Shown here: positions 1 to 12,285 of the stretch, piece after piece
How the letters are laid out: each line of letters opens with the position of its first letter
Position numbering within the stretch: position 1 is the stretch's first letter
Assembly (NCBI GenBank): GCA_000708835.1
Contig: DF237264.1
Span: 1-64,000, forward strand
Reading direction: 5' to 3'
Origin: Klebsormidium nitens
Taxonomy: Eukaryota > Plantae > Klebsormidiophyceae
DNA length: 64,000 nucleotides
Translations under genes and position numbers: made by a program
The notes under the pieces: model-generated
What the model was told of the DNA's origin: nothing
What the model saw: the letters and a program-made list of their open reading frames with translations, nothing else
The model's database searches: none

Positions 1-1833
1 GAAACAATTGGCCGCTGGACACCCTTTGTCTCCCCGAACTCCAATCTCTTAGAGAACTATCACTCAACAGCTATCTCCAGCTCGTGTATCGTCTCTCCAG
101 CCCGTATCTCTCTCACCCCGAGTCGATTCTGTTCAGCGCCGCTTCACGGTCTCCCCGACCGTTTCCATCGCCCTTGAAGCCGACAGCACCGAGTCCCCCC
201 AGATCTTCATCGACGCCTCCACGGGCCAGCAAACCGTCTTCATGACGTGGGCGACCACTGAGCCTTGCCCCGGGTACGCGGTCGCCAGCGAACCGGTCGG
301 TGACTTGAGCCCGGGTTCTTTCAACGTGGACGGAGCCCAGGTTGTGAACTTTAGAAGGGACGTTTCGGCGGGGGGGCCGCGAAGAAGGGCGCTTTTGCAG
401 GCGACGGCGCAGGGGGCAAACTCGTCCGGAGCGGTCGGATACAGCTTTCAGGTGGGAGTAAAAAATCTGATTGAGAGCGGGTTTTGGTCGTCCCGTAACG
501 CTTGGAGATCGGGAATGTCGCTTCTGCGACAGATTGAGCTGGGCATGATTTGTCGAGCGGCGCGAAGCTTTAATCGGCCCAATTGAGCCAGACGAGCACC
601 ATACTTTGGTGTTTTCAAAGCGATCTGTTCATTCCTCCAGCTCTCAAAATGAAATCGTGCTGAGACAAATTAGCTATTTGCGTCAGGATTGCCACCGGCT
701 TCCCATATTTTTGAACCCGATGGCGGATTTGACGCAACGCGGAGCTGTAAATATGTTGCGGTTTGTTACGGAGTCGGAATCAAATCATGCTCTAGGGATA
801 TAACGGGTTCTCAAAGTCACTCGATCAATTCTTTCTCAAGAAACTACCTTCCTGGATCCGAGAATCAGGTGCTCTAGGCTCGGATCGATTGTGAGCTGCT
901 TATAAGCTGCTTTTGCTTCAAGCTTTTACTTTAGCTGGAACAAGGCCGGAACAAAATCACCATGTCTTTTCCTCTATTTAATTGCGATTGCAATAGCCGC
1001 GTGGCTCTTACTTCTTCAAACCCATCGTTTTTGAAAAGGCGGGGCGACTTGCACTCGCCCGGGCCTACGCTAGCATGGCACCCGCCGGGTTGACACTTTC
1101 AGTGTCCCGACTCGGAGTACTTGGAGTCTACACATCATTTCCTGATGTTGCTCTGACTTTCAATTGAAGCACTAAAAGTGTTCAAAAATATGCGTTCAGA
1201 ATCGATGTCCCGGTTCTTCCAGGTAGTACCGACCGGTTCCGGACCACAGCTGTTGAGGATGGCGGTCAACCCAGGGAACGTTTTCGACCAGGCGGGGAGC
1301 CCTATCCGATTGACGTTGGAATCGTCATATGTCATTTACTACGGCAAGTACTTTTCTGCTCTCTTCTGGCATGCATTGATGGAGATTTGTGGGAATCGTT
1401 TCGGAAACTTGCCCGGAAGTACGAAAGAAAGAATCAGAGGAACGGGGCTTTCTCGAGGCTCGAGCAACGCGGCCCTCCTCGAAAGATTTCAGGAAAGAAA
1501 CCGTCTCTGAAATCCTCTCTCCATTTCGCTTTTCCAGACGTTCTGCCGAAGTATTCCAATATAACCGTTGTCAAATGCCATTAAGGCCCTGAACCTCGAC
1601 CCTCAGAAAATTTCTCGTTTCTCCTTTTCGAGAATATAAGGGCACGAGGGTGCCGAGTTGTGTACCTTCGGCGGGCGTCCCATGCTCCACAACTAATTTC
1701 TCGGGCCCCTTCGAAAGTCAGCTGAGGTGTTCGGGCGACAAGAAACGCTGCACGCGCGTGTCTCCGTCGCCGCTTCCGGCTGCGTCCTCTCACGTCATAC
1801 TCTGCTGATTACATCTGTACTCCACGTTTGCAG

Positions 1834-2060
1834 ACACTGTTCCCCCGAGCGCCCTCCTACAACTGGTGAACAAGGATCCCAGGGGTTTGGTGTCACTTAG
1901 CGGCGACAAGAAAGCATGCCTACGTGCTTTCCGGTCGCTGCATACCACTGATTTTCCACTTGCTCCATTACGGTGCAGACACTGTTCCCCCGAGCGCCCT
2001 CCTGCAATTGGTGAACAAGGATCTCAGTGCTGTGGTGACACTTAGCGGCGACGAGAAAAA
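1834..2060 (+). repeat. Two degenerate tandem copies of the acceptor + 5' end of the exon at 2132
   Basis: GCAG|ACACYGTTCCCCCGAGCGCCCTC..CAAYTGGT..AAGGAT starts at 1834, 1979 and 2132 (real exon); spacing 145 and 153 bp. Confidence 0.9.
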
Positions 2061-5000
2061 CCTGCATACGTGCTATTTGGGCGCCGCATATGGCTGCTTC
2101 CGCTGATTTATCTTTTGCTGCTTTCTTGCAGACACCGTTCCCCCGAGCGCCCTCTTGCAATTGGTAACCAAGGATCCGAACGGTGTGGTTTCGCTGTCAA
2201 GTGACCCGGGACTTTCCCCCGACCAGGTCGTAACGCTGATGGTGTCGTTCGACAAGCGCGTTTCTGGGTTCGATGGGAACACGATGGTTATCAGCAACGG
2301 CACGCTTATCAAGTAAGTGCAAAAGTGCAAATCCGGCGAATTGCAGTTGAGGATGATAGTCAGCATGTATTTATCTGGGGTATGACTTTGAAATTGTCCT
2401 GAAGAAGACCGCTGTCGGTGAAAAGACGCTTGAAAGATATACGAGATGATATAGTGGGATAAGCGCAGAAGAAGCGAAGAACTGGGTCTGCAGATTCCAC
2501 CAAGATTCCCCGGTTCTGGACAGGTTAAGCAGTCCGTGTGCCGATTCCGTCTTTTTCATGAGGAGCAGATGTCTCACTTAACCTCGAAAGATTTCCCACC
2601 CTTGTCAGAAATGATTCGGACTGTGCCTTGCTAATTGGAAATGTCAGCTTCAAATGTTACCCCAAGCAATCATTCTCGCAATGAGCCAATCTGAGCTGCG
2701 CTGGCCTTTAGGCGGACGACTTCTGCGTACACACTGATCGGCGCCCGGCTTCGATCGTTGCATCCTTGAAAGTATTTGCTTCTTTAACACTAGATCGAAG
2801 AATGCAAAAGTCGACGCTTAAACACAGCTTTACCGAGGCTTTCGTACGTCCGCGTTTTGCAGGGCCGGTCCGAATGCGGACGCCCCGGACGGCTTTTCGT
2901 ACGTCCTCACAGTGGCGATCGTTCCAAAGGCCAACCTCGTGATCCAAGCCCCCGCGAACATCGCTTACAGCATCGTCGGGCTCGGGAACACGGCGTCCAA
3001 TCAGCTGCAAGTGCTCAACTGTAAGCAAACTTTTTTTGCCGACCGGAGGGCGCCCTGGCCGCTTGTTTTCTGCTAGCAACTCTAATTCTTACGAAGGCGG
3101 CCTCCAAACAGAGCAAGTGCTCAGAACTGAGCATAAGTTTTCGCCCATGAGATAAACGCCACGTGTCCAAGTTTTTGCCGTCTCCGAGGTCACTGTTACC
3201 GGACCGCGCAGCAAAAATCTCTGCGGCAGGTCACACAGCTTGTATTGCGCTTTACTGCATGTATTGTTACAGAATGTTCCTTCACGTTACCTTTAAGGGC
3301 AGGGGGTAAAAGTAATTTAGTGCTTGAATTATAAGCTGGTGGCAAACGTATGCGCAGCTTGCCGCTTTACTCTCGTGCCTCAGAACGAGATTTCCTGTTT
3401 CATCCCTGTCCAACTGATTGACGTGTTGAATGGCAGCCATACATTTCAAAGAGCTCGTCAATCCTTGCAGACTTTCTGCAGAAGCTTCAAACTTCAGAAA
3501 TTGGGCAATCCACGTGTAGGCTGGAAAGTCAACAGCTTGACGTTGCTTGTCAGCAGGCTAACAGTCCCATACGTTCAACAGAACCTCACCTCTAAGTAGC
3601 TTGAAGTCAGCACGCCGTGTATGGGAACCTGTAGCAGGTTTCTCTTAAGTTCCAGGCTTCAGCCAGTCTCTCGTGAATATTTTCAAAAAGCCAGACCTTG
3701 TGGTTCTCTTTTTTGGCAACTGAGCTAGCTATTCTGCAGATGACGTCAATGAGAATATTCAAACGGGCGTACGGACAGCGGCGATCGCGTCTCTGGCGGT
3801 CGTGGCAACGGGCGCTATCCTGCAGACATCTTCGAGCTTATTCATTGTCAGTGAGCCCAGAAATTTGGAGCGGTGAATGTGAAGCCGGTGGAAAGCTCAT
3901 GCGCCGCTCTAGTGGGCGAGAGCCCAACTTGCCGTATACGTGTATTGGGGCGTCGAATTACCTGTGGAAAGGCAGAACACTTTGTACCTTTTCTCCAGAA
4001 GCTGCTGCTTACGGTCGCTCTTGACGGCGTGGACACGCCTGTGGAAAGACAGAACACATTATACCTATTCTTCAGAAGCGGCTGCTTACGGTTGCTCTTG
4101 ACTCATCTCCACTGCAAGAGCGAGTCGAGTCCATGAAGAGAGTCACCAATGCCATGTTATCGTTTTCAGAAATAGGAACCCCTGGAATAGCAGACTCCTC
4201 GATGTGGCGCAACCTACCAGACGTACTCTTGCACGCATCTCTGCGAGGTTCAGTGTGTGCCCTTTTGGAGATTTGGCGCAGACATGCCAGCCTGAAACTT
4301 TCCAATGATGATCCATACTAAATCTTCGATCAGTAACTAGAGGACTCATTATTAGCAATATATTGTGTCTCTCGAGCTCCCTGCATACCAAGTCTCCCTT
4401 CTGCTAAAACCGGCTCGCGAAAGACTCATGCAGAAGCTTGATTTCGACTTTAGCCAATTTGCTAGGTTAGAACTACAATATTGCACTCTCCCAAGGCATC
4501 AAAATTTGAAAACCATATTGGAGCGTCTCTGCAGAATGTCGCTTCCAGCCTTATCCTGTTTGCCGCGCGCCGGAGCCTCAACGCCCCGCTTCCGACCCCT
4601 TACATCGACGCCAGTTCCGCTCTCTCCTTCCCCCTGTTCCGCTGGCCATCCCCTTTCGACGGAATCACTCGCGACAGCCCCATCCCCTATACGGACCGCC
4701 CACAAGCGCTCATCTCTAGCATTCCGTCCGGCGGAACGAACGGAACGCTAGCCGCCACAAGCGAGCGGCTCGGCCGGCTGCTGCTCCAGGCGCAACCAGA
4801 AATTCAAATCAACGGAACGGCTACCAGCGGAACGCCGATTAACGGAACGTTGACCAGCGGAACCTCTGTATTTGTCCCTTTCAACGGATCCTTTCCGGCC
4901 GTTCCGGTCAATCCGACACCCATCAGCGGAACCATTCCGGCGAATACGTCGCTGATTAATCAGGCTCGTCCCGTGACCTTTAGAGATGGGAACATTTCGT

Positions 5001-8000
5001 ACGAGGCGCGCGCTGACGCGTACAGCCAAGAGCTGAGTGTGAATACGCTCAACCTGTTTCATACTTTGGGCCATAACGGGTGAGGGAAAAGATGCGACGG
5101 GCGATCGCACCTGTATTTGGCGCTCGTATAGTTGCAAGGCCGTTGAGAAGCTCAGCTATCTTAGATGATTCCCAGTTCCTTCGCACGCGTGCCTAATCCG
5201 ACTGCCCCATCAAAGCAAGTTGCCTCTAGAAAAGGATCTTGAGGTCCAAATCCGCAAATTGGGGGGTCTTGGTCAAGCCCTGTTTTGCAATTGTCCCCTC
5301 TTTCCAGCTTTCCGGATTGAGATATGTTCACACTCGCCAAAAAATGCTCCACTCTGCACGTCTGATTCTTTCCCGGAAGCAAAAGGATACCATACAATAC
5401 GTGCTGTGGCCAGTTTGTCAAGTTTCTGCATTAGAAATTATACTAAATGATACTTTAGATTGAAGCTAGTCGTTCCCATCTTTTGCAGGCTGCGCGGTCT
5501 TCTCCGGGCCGTGTTTTGGATCACCGTGACCCTGCTCTTCATCGGGTTTCTCCAGCTGTCCGCGAAACCGCTGGCGCGGCTCCTGAAACGAGAAACGGTC
5601 CCCTCGTTCCTGGTGTTTCCAGCCTTAGAGCTGACCTTTTTCTCCGTTGCTATCGTGGCGCTGACCTATGCCGCAATGGGAGCGCTCGTTGGTGAGCAAG
5701 GAAACATGTTATGGAATACGAAGTTCGAAAACTTGTCACTACCAAGTTTTAGAAGGGAACAGAACCGGTTGCCCGTGAGAGTGTCTTCAAATCACCAGGG
5801 GTAATCTTCAGAAAGCTACCAAAGAAGGCTTTTCCTGCGATCTCTTTCCAAGTGGAACCTAATCAGCGCTTCATCTCAAGAACACGATGAGATCTGGGAA
5901 TAGCTCTTACTTCTAGAGTTTTATCCGACACTAGGTCAATCAACATACTGCTCGTTTTGGGCTGGAGCTAAAGTCGAGTTGCTCATTTTCCGTGCAGGTA
6001 AATCGGCAGCGGGCATCGTGCTGGGCATGGCCGTTCTGCTCCTCATCCTAGTCTTTTTCTTGTTCGTGCTGTCAATCCTGTGGCGCCACGTGGTCATGGT
6101 GAGAGCTCTTGCCCCTGCACCCACTTCGTATGCTTCTCTATCCTTGAAGCTATGAATGGAATTGTAAACTTTGTTGAAGCAAAAACCTGGATCCAAAAGA
6201 GGAACCCTCTTCGAACTCCGAAGGTGTTGATTTACATAGGCTCGCTTGACAGTCGCTCTGACTCCGCTCTGTTTCCGGGCCATCAAAACATTCTGACGTC
6301 AGAACCGTGGAACCCGCTCGTTGTTTTTTTTACTTTGTAAAGGATAAAAAGGTGCTCCAGCCTTTGGTATCAAATCCCGCGAACAGCCTTTCGATCACCC
6401 TTCTTCGATTCCCACTCGCTCAACATCTTCACTGGCAGAACCCCATCGCGCTCTCTCCCTCTTAAAACAATTTCCATGTTTTCCTGAACCCAAACGGTTT
6501 CTTAGCCTACTCTGACAACATTCAGACACAGACTTCAGTCACCCGAATGTGTCCAGCTCATCTTTCAAAGTCGATGCCCAATCCGATCATTGTTAGACCT
6601 TCCGAGCCCCTTCCAGGGTCCAAAAGCTTAAATCTTTACGATTACAAGAAGGCCATACTAAAGTGTCACGCCCTCCTCTCTCCTCCAGAGCAAGTCGGTG
6701 CTTTCGTCTCCGAGCAACAACGTTCCGGCAGGGGGTCCCTCGGGGCCTGGTTCAGAGCCCCCTTCGTCGGTTCCTGGGAACCGGTAGACTCCGCAGAAGG
6801 CGACCTCTTCCGGGCGAAGTACGGGTACTTTTACGCCGACTACTCCGGTCGCCCCTCCGAACTGGTGAACATCGGCCCGCAGCTGATGCGGTCGCCGACC
6901 CGGAAGGGCGCCCCGACCACTCTGTCCTCCAGGACGCTCTCCCGAAGGAGCGGTTCGTGGTCCCCGGCCGTCGATGCTCTTTTGGAACCCAACCCGGAGG
7001 AAGGCTCCGCTGTTCCGCTCACCAGTGAGTCCGCCCGGGTTCCGCAAGCGGAAAAGGACGCCTCGATCACCGGACCCGCCGTCGTCGAGATTGAGGAGGA
7101 GGAGAAGCGCGTCGTCCAGTTCACACCGGCGGAGACGGATGACGTCACCTTCGCGTCAGCGGAGGAGCCCCTTGACAAGAGACCCACGTCAGCGAAGTGG
7201 GAGGCGCCGCTCGAGTCCGCGCCTGGGAAAGCGCCCGGGAAACTCGCCCGGGCGCAAAGCGTGCGGTCGGTTCACCGGGTCGGAAGAGTGGGACCCGCGG
7301 CGCACCTCCGGCCGGCGTGGAAACTCATGTACCTTCTGGTGGTCGTAAGTGGTTTGGTTTTTCAGTGTTTTAGGTCTTGATTGTAATATGAGTTTAGGTT
7401 ATGTTAAAGCAGGTTACTCCCCAAGGAACGGGCCGGATGCGGTTTTGAATGCTTCGGCGGGTGGAACTTGGCATACGTACGGGTGCGGAGCCTGTTTGCG
7501 TCTGGTTTGGATCCTATTTATTCAAAGCTCGGAGCATTAACCTGGCCCATTTAAAGGAAATTCAAAATGCGTGGTGGTGCGACGCCCGGGCGGGAAACGA
7601 GTCTGGGCTTGATATGTTTCGGTTCGTTTTATTATATGCCCACCAGTCCATTTTTCTGGAGACGGTTCGAAAACATTGTCCAGCTTCACAGGTCCGGTGA
7701 TCCGAAATACAGGTGCTTGAGCGACTTCAGAATCTTCGACCACATACTAGCCGTTCCGGATTCAAGATGCATGTATTTCTTGCACAGCTAGATTGGGAAG
7801 AAGTGCAGGCTCCAATGGCTGACACTAGAGTGCCGCCGGTTTGCTATTGTATCTCTTTTTTTTTGACCAAGTCCGTGCCCATAAACTTTCTGTGTTCGTG
7901 TCATCACCATAAGACAAACACTAGCCTTGTCCGATCTGGGAGGCAGCAATCGAAGAATCTCTTTTGAGTCAGAAGCAACCCAGCATCCTCAGCAATATCA

Positions 8001-9560
8001 TTGACTTTACCCCGATTGAACGGCTAATCCTAAATCGTCCCAATTTTGCCTGCAGGTTATCGAAGCGGCTCTGCTGGGCGCGACTCACGGCGTGCGCGCG
8101 TCTTACTGGCAGGTCTGCCTCATCGTCACCATGCGCGGCTTTCTCGTACGTCATCGTGCTTCTCTTCCTCAAGGTGACGTCACAACCGTCAACCCCGATC
8201 GCTTCGACATCCGATTTTATGTGCGATGAGCTCTCTGTCTGGGCAAGCGGCCATTTCTGACGGTTCCTCTTGCCGAGTCGTCAGTACCGTTGACTTCCAA
8301 CTTCTCTGCGATTGATTCGGAGAGTCCGGGGGACGAAGCTTTTATTTGATTCCCCTTTTCAAAGAACCGGTAGCTGTCAGCGTGATCCGTCGGGAATAGC
8401 TCAAGAATTACTGGTAGTCTTTTCTGCGGCCCGCCGAACTCCATCTAATCGAAATCACAGATAGCTTTTTAGGTGCTTCTCGTGCTAGTAGCCAGAGTGA
8501 AGCCTCTTGCTTAACTAACAAAGGTGTTTTTATACGAACCGAAAAAGCTGCGCAGAGAGCTTGACATCTGAAACTTGACTTCTGACTCTTAAGCTACTAG
8601 TACTCTCGAACGAGGGCCCCAGATCCTTGATCGATTCCCGCACCTTCAACTCTCGTGATCGAGCTTGATCTGGACACAGGGAATAGGAGCTCTCAACCTT
8701 CTGTTACGAAACCTCCTAAAATCAAAGAGTTTCGCCCCTGAAATCCGGCCCGTGCAGCCCGTCATCTACACGTCTTCCCGTGGCCCCAGCTAGCGAAATA
8801 CCTCTTTATACTGCACGAAGCACAATATTGTCAGGCTTGTGGCATGCTCTCGACTTCCAAAGCGGTTTTCAAGGCTGCCCAAAAGTCAGCCAACTGTTCT
8901 TCTACACAAATAAACATAGTGATATGGGCTGTAAAGAGTCCGTTCTCTCAATGGTCCGTGTGCTCAGTCACCGTTACGGCATTTTGAGTCTACTTGTCAC
9001 GTTGACATAGAGGAGACACAAGAGATCTCGACACTGTCGGACACACAAACAGAACATCTTCCGTCATTGCCGATTTCGCTCCCGCCGCAGCCATTCATTC
9101 GCGCACCACTCCAGCTGGCCGAGGTCTTCAGCACGGTGTCCGAGCTTGCTGTTGTCACGCTGGCGTTGGCGCTCGTGGTGAAGCAGGACGTCAGCCCGCA
9201 GGGGCAGCTGCGCAAAAACGAGGAAGCGCTGGGCTACACAATGATCGCGCTGCAGCTGCTGGCCATCTTCAGCGGCGTACTCAACGCGTGAGCGCGCGCG
9301 CGCACGCGCGCCCGCCTTCTTCCTTTCCCTATTTATATTCGTCGCATAACGAAAGTATTGTTCGCTCATACTTGCTGGTTACCCATCCTTGTTGGAAAGT
9401 CCCAAGAAGATCAATATTCTCCGCATATCCTCTGGGGCGTATGCAGGGCGTGAGCACGCGCGCGTGCGTTCCGCCTTTTACGTACGATTCTTGTCTTTCG
9501 TTTTTTCGGGGACGCTCTTCCTTTGAAATTAACGCTCGGGGCTGCTCCTGGGCGGCCACA

Positions 9561-9720
9561 GGAGCTTTTGGCCCTAAACCACAAATGGTTGTGGGCTAAT
9601 TATGGCTGGTCAGAGAATGGTTATATGTCCAATAACCAGACCTGGGCTTTAACCAGCCCCGGAACAAGGTCAAATCCGGGTTACTAGTCCAACAACCTGA
9701 GACTCAATCTGTTAATCAGC
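9561..9720. mobile_element. Dispersed about 150-bp MITE-like repeat, copy 1
   Basis: Aligns on the same strand with 52563-52720 (tttggccct..tggtt.tgggcta..tatggctggtca..aaccagac..ggaaca.ggt..caacctgaga). It lies in a non-homologous intron and has an internal inverted repeat ggctggtca/taaccagcc. Confidence 0.55.
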
Positions 9721-10684
9721 GTAATTGTCAGAAGCCAAAAAAGTTGCTGTGGGCATTGCATGCGCGGTCGCATAGACGCGCGATCAAGTTCGCGGGTTGG
9801 AGACATCTGTTTCACCAGCATACCAGAGAGGCATATCTACGCTTTGTAGTTGGAGCCACTTTTCGGCACGCTCAGTTCGGATCTGCTCGATATTTATTTC
9901 CGTTTGAAGGGTTCTTGATTACTGAAATAATGTCCAATTCCGCAGGACGGAAGTGGACTGTCTAACAGCGGATGCACTGGAGGGACGAAGGATTCAAAAC
10001 CACAGCTTCAGATGCGTTTCAGTACTCCGCTGACAGCTTAATCCGTTGTGACTGACAGAAACAATTTTCGTGCTTTATGCGCAGGCTCGTCTCCGTGACA
10101 CTGAGGCTCGTGGGGAACTTGTGGGGCAAGAAGGAAGCGCTTCCGGTGCACTTTTAGTCAGTCAGGGCGGTCCAACACTCGGCCAAAAGCTGGGCGCTTC
10201 AGTAGACGTAGAGTCGGTCTTGGAATCACTCATTGTGGCATGGTCTCGTTTGAGATACTCAAGTTAAGGGCTTGCACCTCTGGTATTTGGATTGGGATTG
10301 CATTTTGCAGTCAAATGGAAAGCTATCTGCAACAGAGAGTTTCCGAATACTGATGTTTGTAGGAGCGTAAGGTCACAATAACGTGGTGCCTCGCGTCTTT
10401 GTGTGAAATTGCCTGTGGAGCAATATCAGCACCCCGGGTAAGGAAACCGCCCTACGGGTGAGGGGAGAGTCATGTAGGCGGGTTCGTCGGGGTGCCTATA
10501 GCTAACAGGCGGGCCGAGCACAACACTGTTCTGAAAGTAACGGTGCTCTGTTATTAAGCTTGAAATTAGTTGACCCTCCAGAAAGGGATTGACAAGACGC
10601 CCGAATCTCAAAGCCCTTTTGGATCAATGAGCAAAGTCAGGGTGTATTAAGTAGTCGGCTTTGTAAGTGCTACTTGCACGTACT

Positions 10685-11340
10685 NNNNNNNNNNNNNNNN
10701 NNNNNNNNNNNNNNNNNNNNNNNNNNNNNNNNNNNNNNNNNNNNNNNNNNNNNNNNNNNNNNNNNNNNNNNNNNNNNNNNNNNNNNNNNNNNNNNNNNNN
10801 NNNNNNNNNNNNNNNNNNNNNNNNNNNNNNNNNNNNNNNNNNNNNNNNNNNNNNNNNNNNNNNNNNNNNNNNNNNNNNNNNNNNNNNNNNNNNNNNNNNN
10901 NNNNNNNNNNNNNNNNNNNNNNNNNNNNNNNNNNNNNNNNNNNNNNNNNNNNNNNNNNNNNNNNNNNNNNNNNNNNNNNNNNNNNNNNNNNNNNNNNNNN
11001 NNNNNNNNNNNNNNNNNNNNNNNNNNNNNNNNNNNNNNNNNNNNNNNNNNNNNNNNNNNNNNNNNNNNNNNNNNNNNNNNNNNNNNNNNNNNNNNNNNNN
11101 NNNNNNNNNNNNNNNNNNNNNNNNNNNNNNNNNNNNNNNNNNNNNNNNNNNNNNNNNNNNNNNNNNNNNNNNNNNNNNNNNNNNNNNNNNNNNNNNNNNN
11201 NNNNNNNNNNNNNNNNNNNNNNNNNNNNNNNNNNNNNNNNNNNNNNNNNNNNNNNNNNNNNNNNNNNNNNNNNNNNNNNNNNNNNNNNNNNNNNNNNNNN
11301 NNNNNNNNNNNNNNNNNNNNNNNNNNNNNNNNNNNNNNNN
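10685..11340. other. Assembly gap (run of N)
   Basis: 656 consecutive N. Confidence 0.99.
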
Positions 11341-12285
11341 TCCCCCTCTTCTCCCTCCCGGGAGGAGACGACCAATCCTCCCTGTGTGTGCAGGAAGTAC
11401 TTAACCCTGGTTGAAATGATTCTATACAGAAAGAGAGTCGCATATTGGGGCAGCCAGATATGCTTGTAATTATAGCTACTCCGTTTGTAAGGCTGCCAGG
11501 GACTACTTCATTGTCATTGTTGACTGAAGCACTCAGGATAGACGACGTGCCGGTGCGACGTCCTATCAAACTACTCTAGCACGAGTATTTTGGCATGACC
11601 GGACTCCGGACACCGGATATAAGATGTTCCGCGAATCTACTTCGCAAGCATAATGATGCGATTCCGACAAGCACGATTAGCCTTTGATTGCATCGTGCCT
11701 CATTTTCAAGGGCAGTCGTAACAATTGGGGCCACTTTCCTACGTGGGCGAAATCTCCACCTGCTTGGATAACATGCAAAAACCAACATGGTTTTCTGAGC
11801 TCTGTTCAGCAAACGTCGGCAAGGGCAATTCATCGCGGGCCGCATCAACGTATTGCTGGCTGCATCTGATCAAGTATACGTCGTGGCTGATCTGGCATAC
11901 GTCCAGTAAAGTCTTTTTATCCGACAGGCAATAATAATATGCTGACGTCCTTGATTGGTACTAATACATGCTCTATCAGTGATTCCAGCATGTGAATGGA
12001 AAGCGCTCAGAAATTATATGTAATCTCGGTAGTCGAAGCTTAATAGCCTATGTCCCAATGGACGGGCGTCTTACCCTATCGCGTACGTCAATAAGTAGCC
12101 AGTAAGCTGACAAGAGCTATCCTCCACACATGATTAAGCCGTTACTTTTAGAATGGTATTCAAATCCCCCCTGAAACCTCTCCGCATCAGATTTTCTCCT
12201 GTAGTCTACGGGATCAAGAGCCGCTATGCTTGAGTGGTCATATATCACAATCTTATGCATCGATACAAGCTGGCATTGTTGATCA

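Larger units (their letters stand above)
137..10157 (+). pseudogene. Inverted paralog of the Ig-like + multipass (TRP/Pkd2-like) half of the 62619-47134 gene; probable pseudogene or splice-rescued allele; 5' part unresolved at the window edge
   Basis: Exons about 137-451, 1223-1343, 2132-2312, 2863-3020, 3740-3846, 4535-5079, 5489-5691, 5998-6098, 6689-7344, 8056-8173, 9091-9287, 10085-10157 (TAG). Intron positions and phases match exons 8-19 of the minus-strand gene, and several exon lengths are identical (121, 181, 158, 203, 101, 197, 73 nt). Relative to the paralog there is a 1-nt deletion at 6699/6700, a 4-nt insertion at about 8146-8149, and the homologous acceptor before ACG at 146 is missing. 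Confidence 0.6.

Noticed and set aside
3997-4101. Short intronic duplication agaagc.gctgcttacggt.gctcttgac
   Set aside because: Real but only about 30 bp and without exon content; at most a further example of local duplication.
4140-4225. Possible small extra exon (IGTPGIADSSMWRNLPD) in the left paralog
   Set aside because: The flanking exons already join in phase 0 (ATT|GTCAGT to CAG|AAT), as in the paralog, which has no counterpart.
10647-11569. Long ORFs made of X
   Set aside because: Artefacts of the N gap.
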